DNA from: Actinocrinis sp.
GTDB lineage: Bacteria > Actinomycetota > Actinomycetes > Streptomycetales > Catenulisporaceae
DNA: 64,000 nucleotides
Assembly (NCBI GenBank): GCA_035763685.1
Contig: DASUAR010000218.1
Span: 240 to 64,239 of the forward strand
Direction of reading: 5' to 3'
Below are positions 37,685 to 47,969 of the stretch, piece by piece; the first letter of the stretch is position 1; the number at the start of each line of letters is the position of its first letter. The position numbers were made by a program, and so were the translations under genes. The notes under the pieces are model-generated. The model saw only the letters and a list, made by a program, of their open reading frames with translations. It had not been told where the DNA came from and searched no databases.

Positions 37685-37947
37685 CGCCTCCCCTCGTCCG
37701 TGGCGCCGCAGCGCTCCGCCGGTATATGGGTTCTGCGATGCCTCGCGAGCTGCGCGTCATCGGCACCGAACACCCATACGATGAGCAGGGCAAGAATCCA
37801 CCCCGGACCTGCCCTCAGTCAAGTGCAGATGCATGCCGCAGCCGCATCGTGCCTTTACCGTGCTTTAAGGATAACACCGCCCCCGGGCCGAATCGGACCA
37901 ATCGCCGAACTCGGCGACGGATGTGCGCTATCGCACGTTGGTCTTTC

Positions 37948-38646
37948 TCACGGTTCGAAGCGATAGCCCATGCCAGGCTCGGTAAGCAGTTGTCGTGGAT
38001 GGGACGGCTCCGGTTCAAGCTTCTGGCGTAGCTTTGCCAGATAGAACCGGAGGTAGTTGGTCTCGGATTGATACGCCGGACCCCATACCTGTTGCAGCAG
38101 TTGCTTGCCGGAGACGAGCCTTCCGGGATTTCGGACCAGTACCTCAAGCACCGCCCATTCCGTTTTTGTCAGATGCACCTGTTCGGGCGTCTGTTCGGGT
38201 GCCCCGGAGCGTCGCTGTACCGTCTTCGCGGCCAGATCCACCGTGTAGTGACCGATCGTCACGGCGGGTTCCGCGGCGGTCTCGGTCTCGCTGCGCCGGA
38301 TCAGGGCCCGCAGCCGGGCCATCAGCTCGTCCATGGAGAACGGCTTGGTGACGTAGTCGTCGGCGCCGGCGTCGAGCGCGTCCACCTTGTCGGCGGAGTC
38401 CGCGCGGCCCGACAGCACCAGGATCGGCACCTTGGTCCAGCCGCGCAGGCCGGCGATCACGTCGGTGCCGTCCATGTCGGGCAGGCCGAGGTCGAGCACG
38501 ACCACATCGGGCAGGTGCTTGGCCGCGGCGTCGAGGGCGCCGGCGCCGTCGGCCGCGACGACGACCTCGTAGCGGCGCGCGGTGAGGTTGATGCGCATCG
38601 CGCGCAGCAGCTGGGGCTCATCGTCCACCACGAGCACGCGGATCAC
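37948..38646 (-). CDS. kdpE: KdpE response regulator
   Basis: VVDDE, LDLGLPD, GADDYVTKPF, NYLRFYLAKLRQKLE, TEPGMGYRF. Confidence 0.93.
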   Translation of the reverse strand: MIRVLVVDDEPQLLRAMRINLTARRYEVVVAADGAGALDAAAKHLPDVVVLDLGLPDMDGTDVIAGLRGWTKVPILVLSGRADSADKVDALDAGADDYVTKPFSMDELMARLRALIRRSETETAAEPAVTIGHYTVDLAAKTVQRRSGAPEQTPEQVHLTKTEWAVLEVLVRNPGRLVSGKQLLQQVWGPAYQSETNYLRFYLAKLRQKLEPEPSHPRQLLTEPGMGYRFEP

Positions 38647-41363
38647 GTCAGCAACTCCCTGTCTTCGTCGTGCGGCTCTTCGATCGCCGCTGTGGCGACG
38701 GCCGCGGCGGCGGGCAGCGACACCACCATCGTGACACCGCCGCCGGGCGTGTCCTCAGGCGTCAAGGTGCCGCCCATCGCCTCGACCAGACCCCGGGCCA
38801 GCGCCAGGCCGAGCCCGACGCCCGCGGTGTTGTCGCGGTCGCCGAGCCGCTGGAAGGGCCGGAACACCAGGGCCCGGTCCGCCACCGGGATTCCCGGGCC
38901 GCGGTCGATCACCCGGATCTCGACCCAGCTGCCGAGCGTGGATACCGCGACCGTGACCGGTGAAGCGGTGTGCTTGACCGCGTTGCCGACCAGGTTGGCG
39001 ACGACCCGTTCGAGCAGTGCGCCGTCGGCGAGCGCGGGCGGCACGGTCGGCGGCACCGGGGCGAGGCTCACTCGTTCGGCGGCATCCGGGACCTCGTCGA
39101 GGGCGCCCGGCAGGATGTCGGCGGCGGCCACCGCCTCCAGGCGCAGCTTGATCGCGCCGGCTTGCAGGCGGGACATGTCCAGCAGGTTCTCGACCAAGCG
39201 GGTCAGCCGGTCGAGCGACTGGTCGGCGGCTTCGAGCAGTTCCGCGCGGTCGGCCTCGGGCACCTCGAGCTCCGGGTCGCGCAGTGTGCCGATCGCCGCC
39301 TTCGCCGCCGCGAGCGGGGTGCGCAGGTCATGGGAAACAGCCGCGAGCAGCGCGGTCCGCATCCGGTCCGCGGCGGCCAGGCTCTCCGCCTCGGCGGCGC
39401 TGCGGGCGAGGCGGCGGCGTTCCAATGCGGCGGTGGCCTGCGCGGCGAAGGCGGTCAGCACGCGCTGGTCGTCGGCCGGAAGGGTGCGCCCGCGCAGCAC
39501 GATCACCGCGTCCGGACCCGCCTCGACCACCGTGTCCGCTTGACCGGGACACAGCGCCGGGTCAGCGCCGGTGCTGGCGACCAGCGTCCAGCGGTCCGGG
39601 TCGTCGTTCAGGTCCGGCAGGTGCGGATCACCGGGCCCGAACTGCTGGAACCGCGCTTGCTCCGCGCCCGATCGCGGCGACTCCGAGCGCTGCAACAACG
39701 CCACGGAGGCCATCGCAAAGGTCTCCCGGAAGCGCTCCAGCAAGGCGCTGATGGCCTCGTCACCGCGCAGCACGGACACCGCGAACGCGCCGAGGGTCTC
39801 CGCCTCGGCGGCGGCGCTGGCGGCGCGCCGGGTCTGCTTGATCGCCAGGTCCACCACTGAGGCCACGGTCAGCGCGACCAGCGCGAAGACGATCAGCGCG
39901 AAGACGTTGTTGCCCTCGTCGATCGTGAAGGTGTGGACCGGGGTGATGAAGTAGTAGTTCAGCAGCAGCGAACCCCACAGCGCAGCGATCAGCGCGGAGA
40001 GCAGCCCGCCGAGTCGGGCGATGGCCACCGTGGCGACCAGGAAGATGAGTACCTGGCTGGTCAGGTTCAGTCCGCCGTGCGGGACCTGCGCGAGCACCGC
40101 GGTGATGATCGGCGGCACGAGCAGCGCGGCGGCGGGTCCGCGCCAGCGCGCGTGTCCCCACGCGGCCTCACGCAGCGGGTTTGGCGGCAGCCATGCGGCG
40201 CGCCGCCGGGCCTGTCCGGGGTCCTCGTGCGTGACCAGGTGCACGTCGATGTCGCCAGAGAGCTGGATCGTGGTCTCGCCGATGCCGCGGCCGGTGAGCA
40301 GGCGGTTGACGCGGTTGCGCCGCGAGGTACCGAGAACCAGCTGCGTCGCGTTCGCCGCCCTCGCGAACTCGAGCAGCGCCCGCGGCACGTCGTCGCCGAC
40401 CACCGTGTGATAGGTCCCGCCGAGTGATTCGACCAGGTGGCGTTGCGCGGCGAGCGCGGTCGGGCTGGTGTTCGCCGCGAGCCCGTCCGAGCGGGCGACG
40501 TGCACCGCCAGCAGTTCGGCGCCCGCGCCGCTCCCGGCCTCGCGCAGCCACGCTTTTGATCGAGCGCTGTCCTGATCGAGCACTGTCTTGATAGAACGCT
40601 GCGCGATGCGCGCGGCGCGACGGATCAGCAGATCCCCCGAACCGTCCCCGGGAAGCGCCACGACCACGCGCTCGCGCGCCTCCCACACCGAGTCGATCTG
40701 ATGATCCTCCCGGTAGCGCTGCAAGACCTCGTCGACGCGATCGGCGACCCACAGCAGGGCCAGCTCGCGCAGCGCGGTCAGGTTGCCGAGCCGGAAGTAG
40801 TTGCCGAGCGCCGCGTCGATGCGATCCGCGGGATAGACGTTGCCGTGCGCGAGCCGGCGGCGCAGCGCCTCCGGGGACATGTCCACCAGCTCGATCTGGT
40901 CGGCGGAGCGCACCACCTCGTCCGGCACCGTCTCGTGCTGCGGGACGCCGGTGATCCGCTCGACCACGTCGCTGAGCGATTCGAGGTGCTGCACGTTCAC
41001 CGTGGTGATCACGTCGATCCCGGCGTCGAGCAGCTCCTGGACGTCCTGCCAGCGCTTGCCGTTGCGGCTGCCCGGCGGGTTGCTGTGCGCCAGTTCGTCG
41101 ACGAGCGCGACCCCGGGCCTGCGCGCGAGCACCGCGTCCACGTCGAGCTGCGGGAATTCGCGGTCGCGATAGACGCGGTTGAGCGGCGGGATCACGGGCA
41201 GCCCGTCGGCCAGCGCGATCGTGTGCGGGCGGCCGTAGGTCTCGACCCAGCCGACGACCACGTCCGCGCCGCGTTCGATCCGCCGGTGCGCCTCCTCCAG
41301 CATCTTGTAGGTCTTCCCGACGCCCGGAGCCGCGCCCACATAGACCCGCAACGTGCCGCGCAT
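38643..41363 (-). CDS. kdpD: KdpD sensor histidine kinase
   Basis: GAAPGVGKT, VDELAH, NVQHLESL, Usp-like region, four TM segments, VSHDLRTPL, DRGPG, GLGL. Confidence 0.95.
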   Translation of the reverse strand: MRGTLRVYVGAAPGVGKTYKMLEEAHRRIERGADVVVGWVETYGRPHTIALADGLPVIPPLNRVYRDREFPQLDVDAVLARRPGVALVDELAHSNPPGSRNGKRWQDVQELLDAGIDVITTVNVQHLESLSDVVERITGVPQHETVPDEVVRSADQIELVDMSPEALRRRLAHGNVYPADRIDAALGNYFRLGNLTALRELALLWVADRVDEVLQRYREDHQIDSVWEARERVVVALPGDGSGDLLIRRAARIAQRSIKTVLDQDSARSKAWLREAGSGAGAELLAVHVARSDGLAANTSPTALAAQRHLVESLGGTYHTVVGDDVPRALLEFARAANATQLVLGTSRRNRVNRLLTGRGIGETTIQLSGDIDVHLVTHEDPGQARRRAAWLPPNPLREAAWGHARWRGPAAALLVPPIITAVLAQVPHGGLNLTSQVLIFLVATVAIARLGGLLSALIAALWGSLLLNYYFITPVHTFTIDEGNNVFALIVFALVALTVASVVDLAIKQTRRAASAAAEAETLGAFAVSVLRGDEAISALLERFRETFAMASVALLQRSESPRSGAEQARFQQFGPGDPHLPDLNDDPDRWTLVASTGADPALCPGQADTVVEAGPDAVIVLRGRTLPADDQRVLTAFAAQATAALERRRLARSAAEAESLAAADRMRTALLAAVSHDLRTPLAAAKAAIGTLRDPELEVPEADRAELLEAADQSLDRLTRLVENLLDMSRLQAGAIKLRLEAVAAADILPGALDEVPDAAERVSLAPVPPTVPPALADGALLERVVANLVGNAVKHTASPVTVAVSTLGSWVEIRVIDRGPGIPVADRALVFRPFQRLGDRDNTAGVGLGLALARGLVEAMGGTLTPEDTPGGGVTMVVSLPAAAAVATAAIEEPHDEDRELLT

Positions 41364-41596
41364 ACTGCAATCCTGCCACCAGCGGGCCGCGGGACTCATC
41401 GCGTTGACAGCGACCGCGCGTGTCGACCGCCACATTGATCGGCGCGGTGAGCGCCGGAGTCACTCTTGCCGCGAAACGGTGCAACCTCCTCTTTCCGGTC
41501 ATCGAGTTCTGAGTTAACGTCAGGTACAGCCGCGTGAACCGTTCGGGCGGCCACCGCCGTCCCGGGATTCGCGCTCCTAACCCACGAGGAGCATCA

Positions 41597-42421
41597 ATGC
41601 GTTTGCGCCTGATACCCCGCATCGCAGCCCGCACCGGCTTACCCGCGCGCCGCTCGGCGCGCGCCGGCTTCTGCGCTCTGCTCGTCGCGTCGTTCGCGCT
41701 GTTCGCCGCCCCCGTCTCGGCCGGCGGCGCAGCCGCGGCGCTGTCCGGGCTCGACTTCTCCCCGCACGCCGCCGGTGCGCGCCTGCACCCCGGCGCCGCG
41801 CACGGCCTGAAGTTCGCCACCAGCACCAACTGGGCCGGTTACGCCGCGCACTCCACGAAGTACACCTCGGTCACCGCGACCTGGCGCGAACCGGGCGCGA
41901 GCTGCGGCTCGAGCACCGCCTACGCCAGCTTCTGGACCGGGCTCGACGGATACGCCAGCTCCTCGGTCGAGCAGACCGGCACGCTGGTGTTGTGCTCCGG
42001 CGGCCGCGCGACGCAGTACGCGTGGTACGAGATGTACCCGGCCAGCCCGGTCTACTTCAACAACACGGTGGCGGCCGGCGACACGATCGTCTCCCGGGTC
42101 ACCTCGACCTCGTCCGGCGCGTTCAGCCTCTACCTGGCGGACACCACCCGCGGCTGGAGCCACACGATCACGCAGACCAACTCCGCGCTGGCGCGCTCCT
42201 CGGCGGAGGTCATCGCGGAGGCGCCGTCCTCATCGAGCGGAGTGCTGCCGCTGGCCAACTTCGGCACCGTGACCTTCACCGGCTCCAAGGTGAACGGCGG
42301 CTCGCTCAGCGCGTCGAACCCGACCTCGATCACCATGGTCACCAGCTCGGGCACGACCAAGGCCTCGGTGAGCGGGATCTCCGGCGGGACGTCCTTCTCC
42401 TCGACCTGGCACCACGCCTGA
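41597..42421 (+). CDS. Secreted G1-family glutamic peptidase (eqolisin)
   Basis: GAGGAG RBS; STNWAGY, WTGLDG, VEQTG (catalytic Q), AEVIAEAP (catalytic E), LANFG. Confidence 0.92.
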   Translation: MRLRLIPRIAARTGLPARRSARAGFCALLVASFALFAAPVSAGGAAAALSGLDFSPHAAGARLHPGAAHGLKFATSTNWAGYAAHSTKYTSVTATWREPGASCGSSTAYASFWTGLDGYASSSVEQTGTLVLCSGGRATQYAWYEMYPASPVYFNNTVAAGDTIVSRVTSTSSGAFSLYLADTTRGWSHTITQTNSALARSSAEVIAEAPSSSSGVLPLANFGTVTFTGSKVNGGSLSASNPTSITMVTSSGTTKASVSGISGGTSFSSTWHHA

Positions 42422-42966
42422 CCGCGAAAGTCGGCGTGTGACAGTGCTGGACGTGGCGGTGCTGGACGTGGCAGTGAAGGCTTAGCAGCCACACGCTCGG
42501 GTGCGGCGGCATTCCCCGGCGATGCCGCCGCACGTCGAGCATCGCTGACTCCCGCGACGGCTCGGCAACGGGCCGATACCGATAACAGGACACTCATGCA
42601 GCGAGCCGGTCACAGACCGGCGTCGCGACGATAGCGCACGGCGCCCCTTCGAGGCCGGTCATTTTCGGTTCTCTTCGCTAACCGCAGCAGGCTCAGCTCG
42701 CACAGGGGTGCGGTTCAGAGGTCTGGGTGTCCAGAGATCTGGGCGTTCACGGCCCTGGCGCAGTCTTCTGCTTTCGGCTACCTTACTCGGCGGTCATCTA
42801 GTTTGTTCTGTCGCGCAACCAACAGGCGGCTGCGATCCCGCGCTACCCACTTACGGCGCGGGCGGACAGAGGGAACGCGCACAGCCGAAGGCCCCTGCGA
42901 TCGTGGCGTGATCACGGCGGGTCGATCCCTCCATGTCCACCTTCGACGTTCACAGGAGAACGAACG

Positions 42967-45891
42967 ATGGTCGCGGCACTATTCCGGCGCACCACCCACA
43001 CCACCCGCACCACCCACACCACCCGCAGGACCCTGACGACCCTCGCCGCCGCGCTTTCCCTCGCGGCCGGCCTGACCGTGGCCGGATCCGCCCCGGCGCT
43101 GGCCGCATCGGCGTCCGGCGGCCCGGGCAGCACGCCGTACTGGAACGAGGACGGCGGCGTGCAGGGCTTCGCCACCGCACTCGGCAGCGCATCAAAGGTC
43201 TGGTACACCCTGGCCGACGGCGCGCTGCAGAACGTCTACTATCCGCAGACCGACCAGCCGGACACCTACGGTCTGCAGTTCTACGTGACCGACGGGTCGA
43301 GCTTCGCCGACTCGGAGACCGGCAACGCGAGCCACGCGATCGCGCTGGCCGATCCGACGTCGCTGACTTGGACGCAAACCAACACGGCGAGCAGCGGCAG
43401 GTGGAGCATCAGCAAGACCTACGTCGCCGATCCGGCGCGATCGGTCGTGTTGATCAGCACGACTTTCACCAACAACACCGCGACCGCGCTGCACCTCTAC
43501 GCCGACTACCAGCCGTATCTCGCGAATCAGGGCTTTGCGAATTCGGGCGGCACGGACGCCTCGGGCGACCTGGTCGCGGTCAACGGCTCGGTGGCCAGCG
43601 CGATGGCGGCCTCGACCGGATTCAGCGCGGCGAGCACCGGCTACCTCGGCACGAGCAGCAGCGGCGTCAGCCAGCTGACCGGCGGATACGCGCTGTCCAC
43701 GCAGCACTCGGGAGTGTCGAGCAGCGGGCACATCGACCAGGCCGCGCAAATCCCGGTCAACGCCTCGGGATCGACGACGTTCACTCTCGCCCTGGCCTTC
43801 GACAGCACCGAATCCGCGGCGGTCGGCGATGCCTCCGCGTCGCTGAGCGGCGGCTTCGCCGCGGCCGAGAGTTCCTACGAATCCGGCTGGCATTCGTGGA
43901 TCGCGGGCCTGAGCGCGGTGCCCGCGTCGGTGTCCTCGAACCCTGCTTTGCTGCGCCAGTACCACATCTCGCTGATGGAGATCAAAGCCGACGAGGACAA
44001 GACGTACGCCGGGGCTTTTGTTGCCGCGCCCAGCAATCCTTGGGGCGGGAGCGTGAGCGCGGCGAGCGCCGGCGCGCACGGCTACCACCTCGTGTGGACG
44101 CGTGACGAGTACGAGATGGCGACGGCGCTGATGTCCGCCGGCGACTCCGCGGACGCCAAGGACGCGCTGAGCTACCTGTTCAACTACGAGGTGACCTCCA
44201 GCGGCTGGGTCAAGCAGAACAGCTGGCTCAACGGCAACGCGGTGTGGAGCGGCACCCAGCTGGACCAGGTCTCCTTCCCGATCATCCTGGCGTATCAGCT
44301 CGGCCTGACCGACTCGGCCACGTGGGCGAAGGTCAAGTCCGAGGCCGGATATCTGGTGAGCAACGGCCCGGTCACCGGGGAGGAGCGCTGGGAGGAGATC
44401 GGGGGGTATTCGCCCTCGACGATCGCCGCCGAGATCGCCGGCCTGGTGTGCGCGTCGAGCATCGCCGCCGCGAACGGCGACAGCGCCGACGCGGCGACGT
44501 ATCTGTCCACCGCGAAGTCCTGGGCCGCGAGCGTGGACGGCTGGACCTACACCACCAGCGGCCCGTTCGGGAACGGCGGCTACTTCCTGCGGGTCACCCA
44601 GGACGGCAACCCGAATTCGGGTGCTTCGATCGGGCTGGCCAACGGCGGCGGCAACTGGGACGAGCGGCAGGTCGTCGACGCCGGCTTCCTGGAACTGGTG
44701 CGCCTGGGCGTCAAGTCGGCGTCCGCGGCCGACATCACCAACTCGCTGACCGCGATCGACTCGGTGATCAAGACCACGACCCCGTACGGCCCGGTGTGGA
44801 AGCGCTACGACCACGACGGTTACGGCGAGACGGCAAGCGGCTCCGACTACACCGGATCCGGGGTCGGCAATCCGTGGCCGGTACTGACCGGTGAGCGCGG
44901 CGAATACGACCTCGCGCTCGGCGACAGCACCGGCGCGCAGTCAATGTTGCAGACGATGCAGAGCTCTGCCAACGCCGGCGGCCAGATCTCCGAGCAGGTG
45001 TGGGGCGGCGCCGCCGCGGCGTCCGCGCCTGGAACCGGCTGGAGTCTCGGGCAGGGCGACAACTCCTCGACGCCGCTGATGTGGGCGATGGCGCAATATG
45101 TGCGACTGGCCCAGGACATCTCGCACGGCAGCGATCTGGACACCCCGAGCCTGGTGTGCAGCACTTTCAGCACCTGTCCGGGCAGCCAGCCGCCGCCGAG
45201 CGGATACACCCAGACCGTCGACGTCACGGTGCCGGTCAACACCGCCGCGTCGGGCCTCGGCGTCTACCTGGACGGAAACTTCTCGGTCCTCGGGGACGGC
45301 GGCAGTGACTGGGCCGCCAACGGCGTCGCGATGACAAAGCTCGACGACACCCATTACACCGCGACGATCTCCGCCACCACGGCGGCGAACCTCTCCTACA
45401 AGTTCGTGCTCGGCGCGAACTGGAGCGACGTCGAGAAGGCGGCTTCCTGCGCGGACATCGGCAACCGCTCGCTGACCGTCGACAACGGCACGACGACGAA
45501 CACGGTACTGAACTGGGGCGGGCCGGGCGCCTGCAGCTCGGCCGAGGCGGTCATCGACGTGACCGTTCCCGCGAACACGCCCGGCGCCGCGGTGGTCTAC
45601 ATCGCCGGGAACTTCTCGGCTCTGGGCACCGGCATGTCCGCGTCGAGCGACTGGAACGCCGGACTGTATCCGCTCACGAAGATCGGCACGAGCCAGTGGC
45701 AGATCATCGTGCCGGCGGTGTCCGGCAGCACTCTGCAGTTCAAGTTCGATCTCGGCGGCAGCTGGACGAACGTCGAGGAGGCGGCGTCCTGCGGCAGCGT
45801 GGCCAACCGGAGCTTCTACTTCAACGGCTCCGGCAGCTCGTATACGGCCGATGACTCCGTGCTGAACTGGGCCGGTTTGAACGGCTGCTGA
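42967..45891 (+). CDS. Secreted GH15 glucoamylase/glucodextranase with two CBM20-like domains
   Basis: AGGAG RBS; YHLVWTRD, QLDQ, EERWEE, PWPVLTGERGEY, SEQVW, PLMWAMAQY; duplicated VTVP...VY.GNFS.LG domain. Confidence 0.92.
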   Translation: MVAALFRRTTHTTRTTHTTRRTLTTLAAALSLAAGLTVAGSAPALAASASGGPGSTPYWNEDGGVQGFATALGSASKVWYTLADGALQNVYYPQTDQPDTYGLQFYVTDGSSFADSETGNASHAIALADPTSLTWTQTNTASSGRWSISKTYVADPARSVVLISTTFTNNTATALHLYADYQPYLANQGFANSGGTDASGDLVAVNGSVASAMAASTGFSAASTGYLGTSSSGVSQLTGGYALSTQHSGVSSSGHIDQAAQIPVNASGSTTFTLALAFDSTESAAVGDASASLSGGFAAAESSYESGWHSWIAGLSAVPASVSSNPALLRQYHISLMEIKADEDKTYAGAFVAAPSNPWGGSVSAASAGAHGYHLVWTRDEYEMATALMSAGDSADAKDALSYLFNYEVTSSGWVKQNSWLNGNAVWSGTQLDQVSFPIILAYQLGLTDSATWAKVKSEAGYLVSNGPVTGEERWEEIGGYSPSTIAAEIAGLVCASSIAAANGDSADAATYLSTAKSWAASVDGWTYTTSGPFGNGGYFLRVTQDGNPNSGASIGLANGGGNWDERQVVDAGFLELVRLGVKSASAADITNSLTAIDSVIKTTTPYGPVWKRYDHDGYGETASGSDYTGSGVGNPWPVLTGERGEYDLALGDSTGAQSMLQTMQSSANAGGQISEQVWGGAAAASAPGTGWSLGQGDNSSTPLMWAMAQYVRLAQDISHGSDLDTPSLVCSTFSTCPGSQPPPSGYTQTVDVTVPVNTAASGLGVYLDGNFSVLGDGGSDWAANGVAMTKLDDTHYTATISATTAANLSYKFVLGANWSDVEKAASCADIGNRSLTVDNGTTTNTVLNWGGPGACSSAEAVIDVTVPANTPGAAVVYIAGNFSALGTGMSASSDWNAGLYPLTKIGTSQWQIIVPAVSGSTLQFKFDLGGSWTNVEEAASCGSVANRSFYFNGSGSSYTADDSVLNWAGLNGC

Positions 45892-45908
45892 TCCGCGGGC
45901 GCACGAGA

Positions 45909-45945
45909 CGTGCCGCGCTCCGCATGATGTGCGCAGCGCGGCACG
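45909..45945. terminator. Hairpin between convergent genes
   Basis: CGTGCCGCGCT / AGCGCGGCACG stem. Confidence 0.55.
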
Positions 45946-45990
45946 CCGGTGGACGCCGGGGTTAGAGGGTGCGCGGGCAGGAGTGCCGGA

Positions 45991-47619
45991 TCAGGGCCTG
46001 ACCACTTCCAGCGCGTGCCGGGCCTCCTCCACCGGAGCCAGCACCCGCGGCGGCACGTTCAACACGATCAGCCTGCGCCGCACGCCGTCGACCCGGTCGA
46101 CGCCCGTCGCGTACCAGGACCGGTGCAGCTGCGCGATCGCGCCGCCGAGCAGCCTGGCGGATTCCTCCAGTTCGCCCTGCTGCGCGCGCACGTGCGCCAG
46201 GTCGGCAAGCGTGATCGAACGCTGTTTCGCCCCGGAGGCCGGCAGCGTGCGCAGCGTGCGTTCCAGCGAGGCGGCGGCCTCGCCGGTGCGGCCGGTGGCC
46301 ATCTGGCAGTAGCCCTTGAACCCGGCCAACCGGGAGGCGTCGTAGAAGTCGAGCCATTGCGGTTCCATGCCGGTCGAGCCCGCCGCGCCGATCCCGCCGA
46401 GCGCTCCCTCCGCGCGCGCGATCAGGTCGCCCGACGCGGCCGCCGCGCCGAGCCTCGCCTCGACCTCTGATTCGACCGCGTACATCCACGAGCGCTGCAC
46501 GGCGCCGATCGCGCCCGCCGCCTCGTCGTGGGCGAGCGCCATCAGGTCCCTGGCCCGCCGCGCCCGCCCCGCGAAGGCCGGCACGAAGGCCATGTGCGCG
46601 AGCACCGCGCCGGTCAGCGCCCGATCGGCCGCCTCACGCGCCGCGTTGAGAGCCACCGTGAAGTAGCTGTCCGCGAGCCTGGGCTGCTGCAGATCGAAGA
46701 AGGCCAGCCGGGCGGCCAGCAGCGCGGTCTCGGCGACCGGGTGGGCCAGCCGGGTGCGCAGCGCCGGGGAGTCGGTCGCGCGCAGCAGGCCGACGCCGAG
46801 TTCGGAGTGCGCGGCCACCGGGGCGAACATCGCCGAGGCCGCGACGCTCCAGTAGAGCGTCCGGTGCTGCGCGGTGATCGCCGCGTATCCGGCCACGAGG
46901 GTCGAATCCACGGTGGCGGCGCGGGACGTACCGCCGCCGCGCTGCTGCGCGAGCCGGTCAGCGGCCTCAGGATGCTGCAACCCCGGCTTACTAGCAGCAT
47001 CCTGATATTCAAGGCTGTGATATAGCGCGTCGTCTTGCGGTGAGCCCTGATACGGGGACCGGACCGAAGCCCGCGCCGAGGCGGGCGCCGTGGCGGCCAA
47101 CCCACCGGAACCGAGCGCGACCGCGCCCGTCATGAACTGCCGTCTCTTCACCGGGTCGTGCCTCTCGTGGTCGTCGTGCGGCGACCGCGTGACCCCTGCT
47201 CCCCTGTCCCTGTCCGCCAATCCGTCCGAGCCCGAATCGGGCGGACCGGCCTGCTGCCGTGCCCACTGCGGCTGGAATCCCATCCGCTCGATCGGCACGC
47301 CGAACAATGCTTCAAGCACCGCCTGATACGCCGGCAGCGGCAGCGGCGGATTGTCGCTCTCCCAGCGCCGCACCTGCCGCACCGAAAGCGAGAGCGGACG
47401 GCCGATCTGCCGGGAGCGCGCCTCGAAGGCGGCGGCGAAGTCGGCCTGCGTCCAGAAGCGGCGCAGCCGCAGTTGCCGCAGCGCGCTGTTGCTCGCGGCC
47501 GCCGGACCCGCGCCCGCGCGCGCTGCCGGCGGGGGCGGCACCTGTGGTGTGGGTATCGCGTGTGGCGTGTGGGATGTGCTGCGCGCCTGACCCTGCCGTG
47601 ACGGTGTCGCCTGCGGCAT
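45991..47619 (-). CDS. XRE-HTH plus TPR-like regulator
   Basis: WTQADFA...RQVRRWES; VKRRQFM; LAARLAFFD; WLDFYDASRLAGFKG. Confidence 0.85.
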   Translation of the reverse strand: MPQATPSRQGQARSTSHTPHAIPTPQVPPPPAARAGAGPAAASNSALRQLRLRRFWTQADFAAAFEARSRQIGRPLSLSVRQVRRWESDNPPLPLPAYQAVLEALFGVPIERMGFQPQWARQQAGPPDSGSDGLADRDRGAGVTRSPHDDHERHDPVKRRQFMTGAVALGSGGLAATAPASARASVRSPYQGSPQDDALYHSLEYQDAASKPGLQHPEAADRLAQQRGGGTSRAATVDSTLVAGYAAITAQHRTLYWSVAASAMFAPVAAHSELGVGLLRATDSPALRTRLAHPVAETALLAARLAFFDLQQPRLADSYFTVALNAAREAADRALTGAVLAHMAFVPAFAGRARRARDLMALAHDEAAGAIGAVQRSWMYAVESEVEARLGAAAASGDLIARAEGALGGIGAAGSTGMEPQWLDFYDASRLAGFKGYCQMATGRTGEAAASLERTLRTLPASGAKQRSITLADLAHVRAQQGELEESARLLGGAIAQLHRSWYATGVDRVDGVRRRLIVLNVPPRVLAPVEEARHALEVVRP

Positions 47620-47969
47620 CGCCCGGACTCCTTCCTGCGGCGTTCACGGTGCGCGTGTGGTAGATCAGCGCAGAGTGGCAACCGATCCGCATCGTAAGTT
47701 AGCCCGGATCGGTGAACGCCGGGGGCGTTTCCACCCTTTCGTGGGATGGCGATGTCCGGCGCGAGTCCGCATGGACGGGATTTAAGGGTCATATGCGCAG
47801 ATGTGCGTGGTCGGGTCTTTCGGCGAACGGTTCGAAAAAAGCGGGAACGATACGGGCGGTCCGGTCGTCTCAACGACTGTGGGGGCGACTGACGCGGCGG
47901 CGGTAGGAGCTACGGAACACCAGTGCCACGGCGTCCGTTGGAGCGGATAGGACACACTCGGAGGGGATT

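Noticed and set aside
37383-37947. M-box, yybP-ykoY or fluoride riboswitch call
   Set aside because: Could not match the conserved cores by eye; kept only as an unassigned structured leader
41364-41596. c-di-AMP riboswitch upstream of kdpD
   Set aside because: ydaO-type conserved motifs not found
42444-42473. 15-bp tandem repeat GTGCTGGACGTGGC(G/A) x2
   Set aside because: Only two copies; likely local slippage
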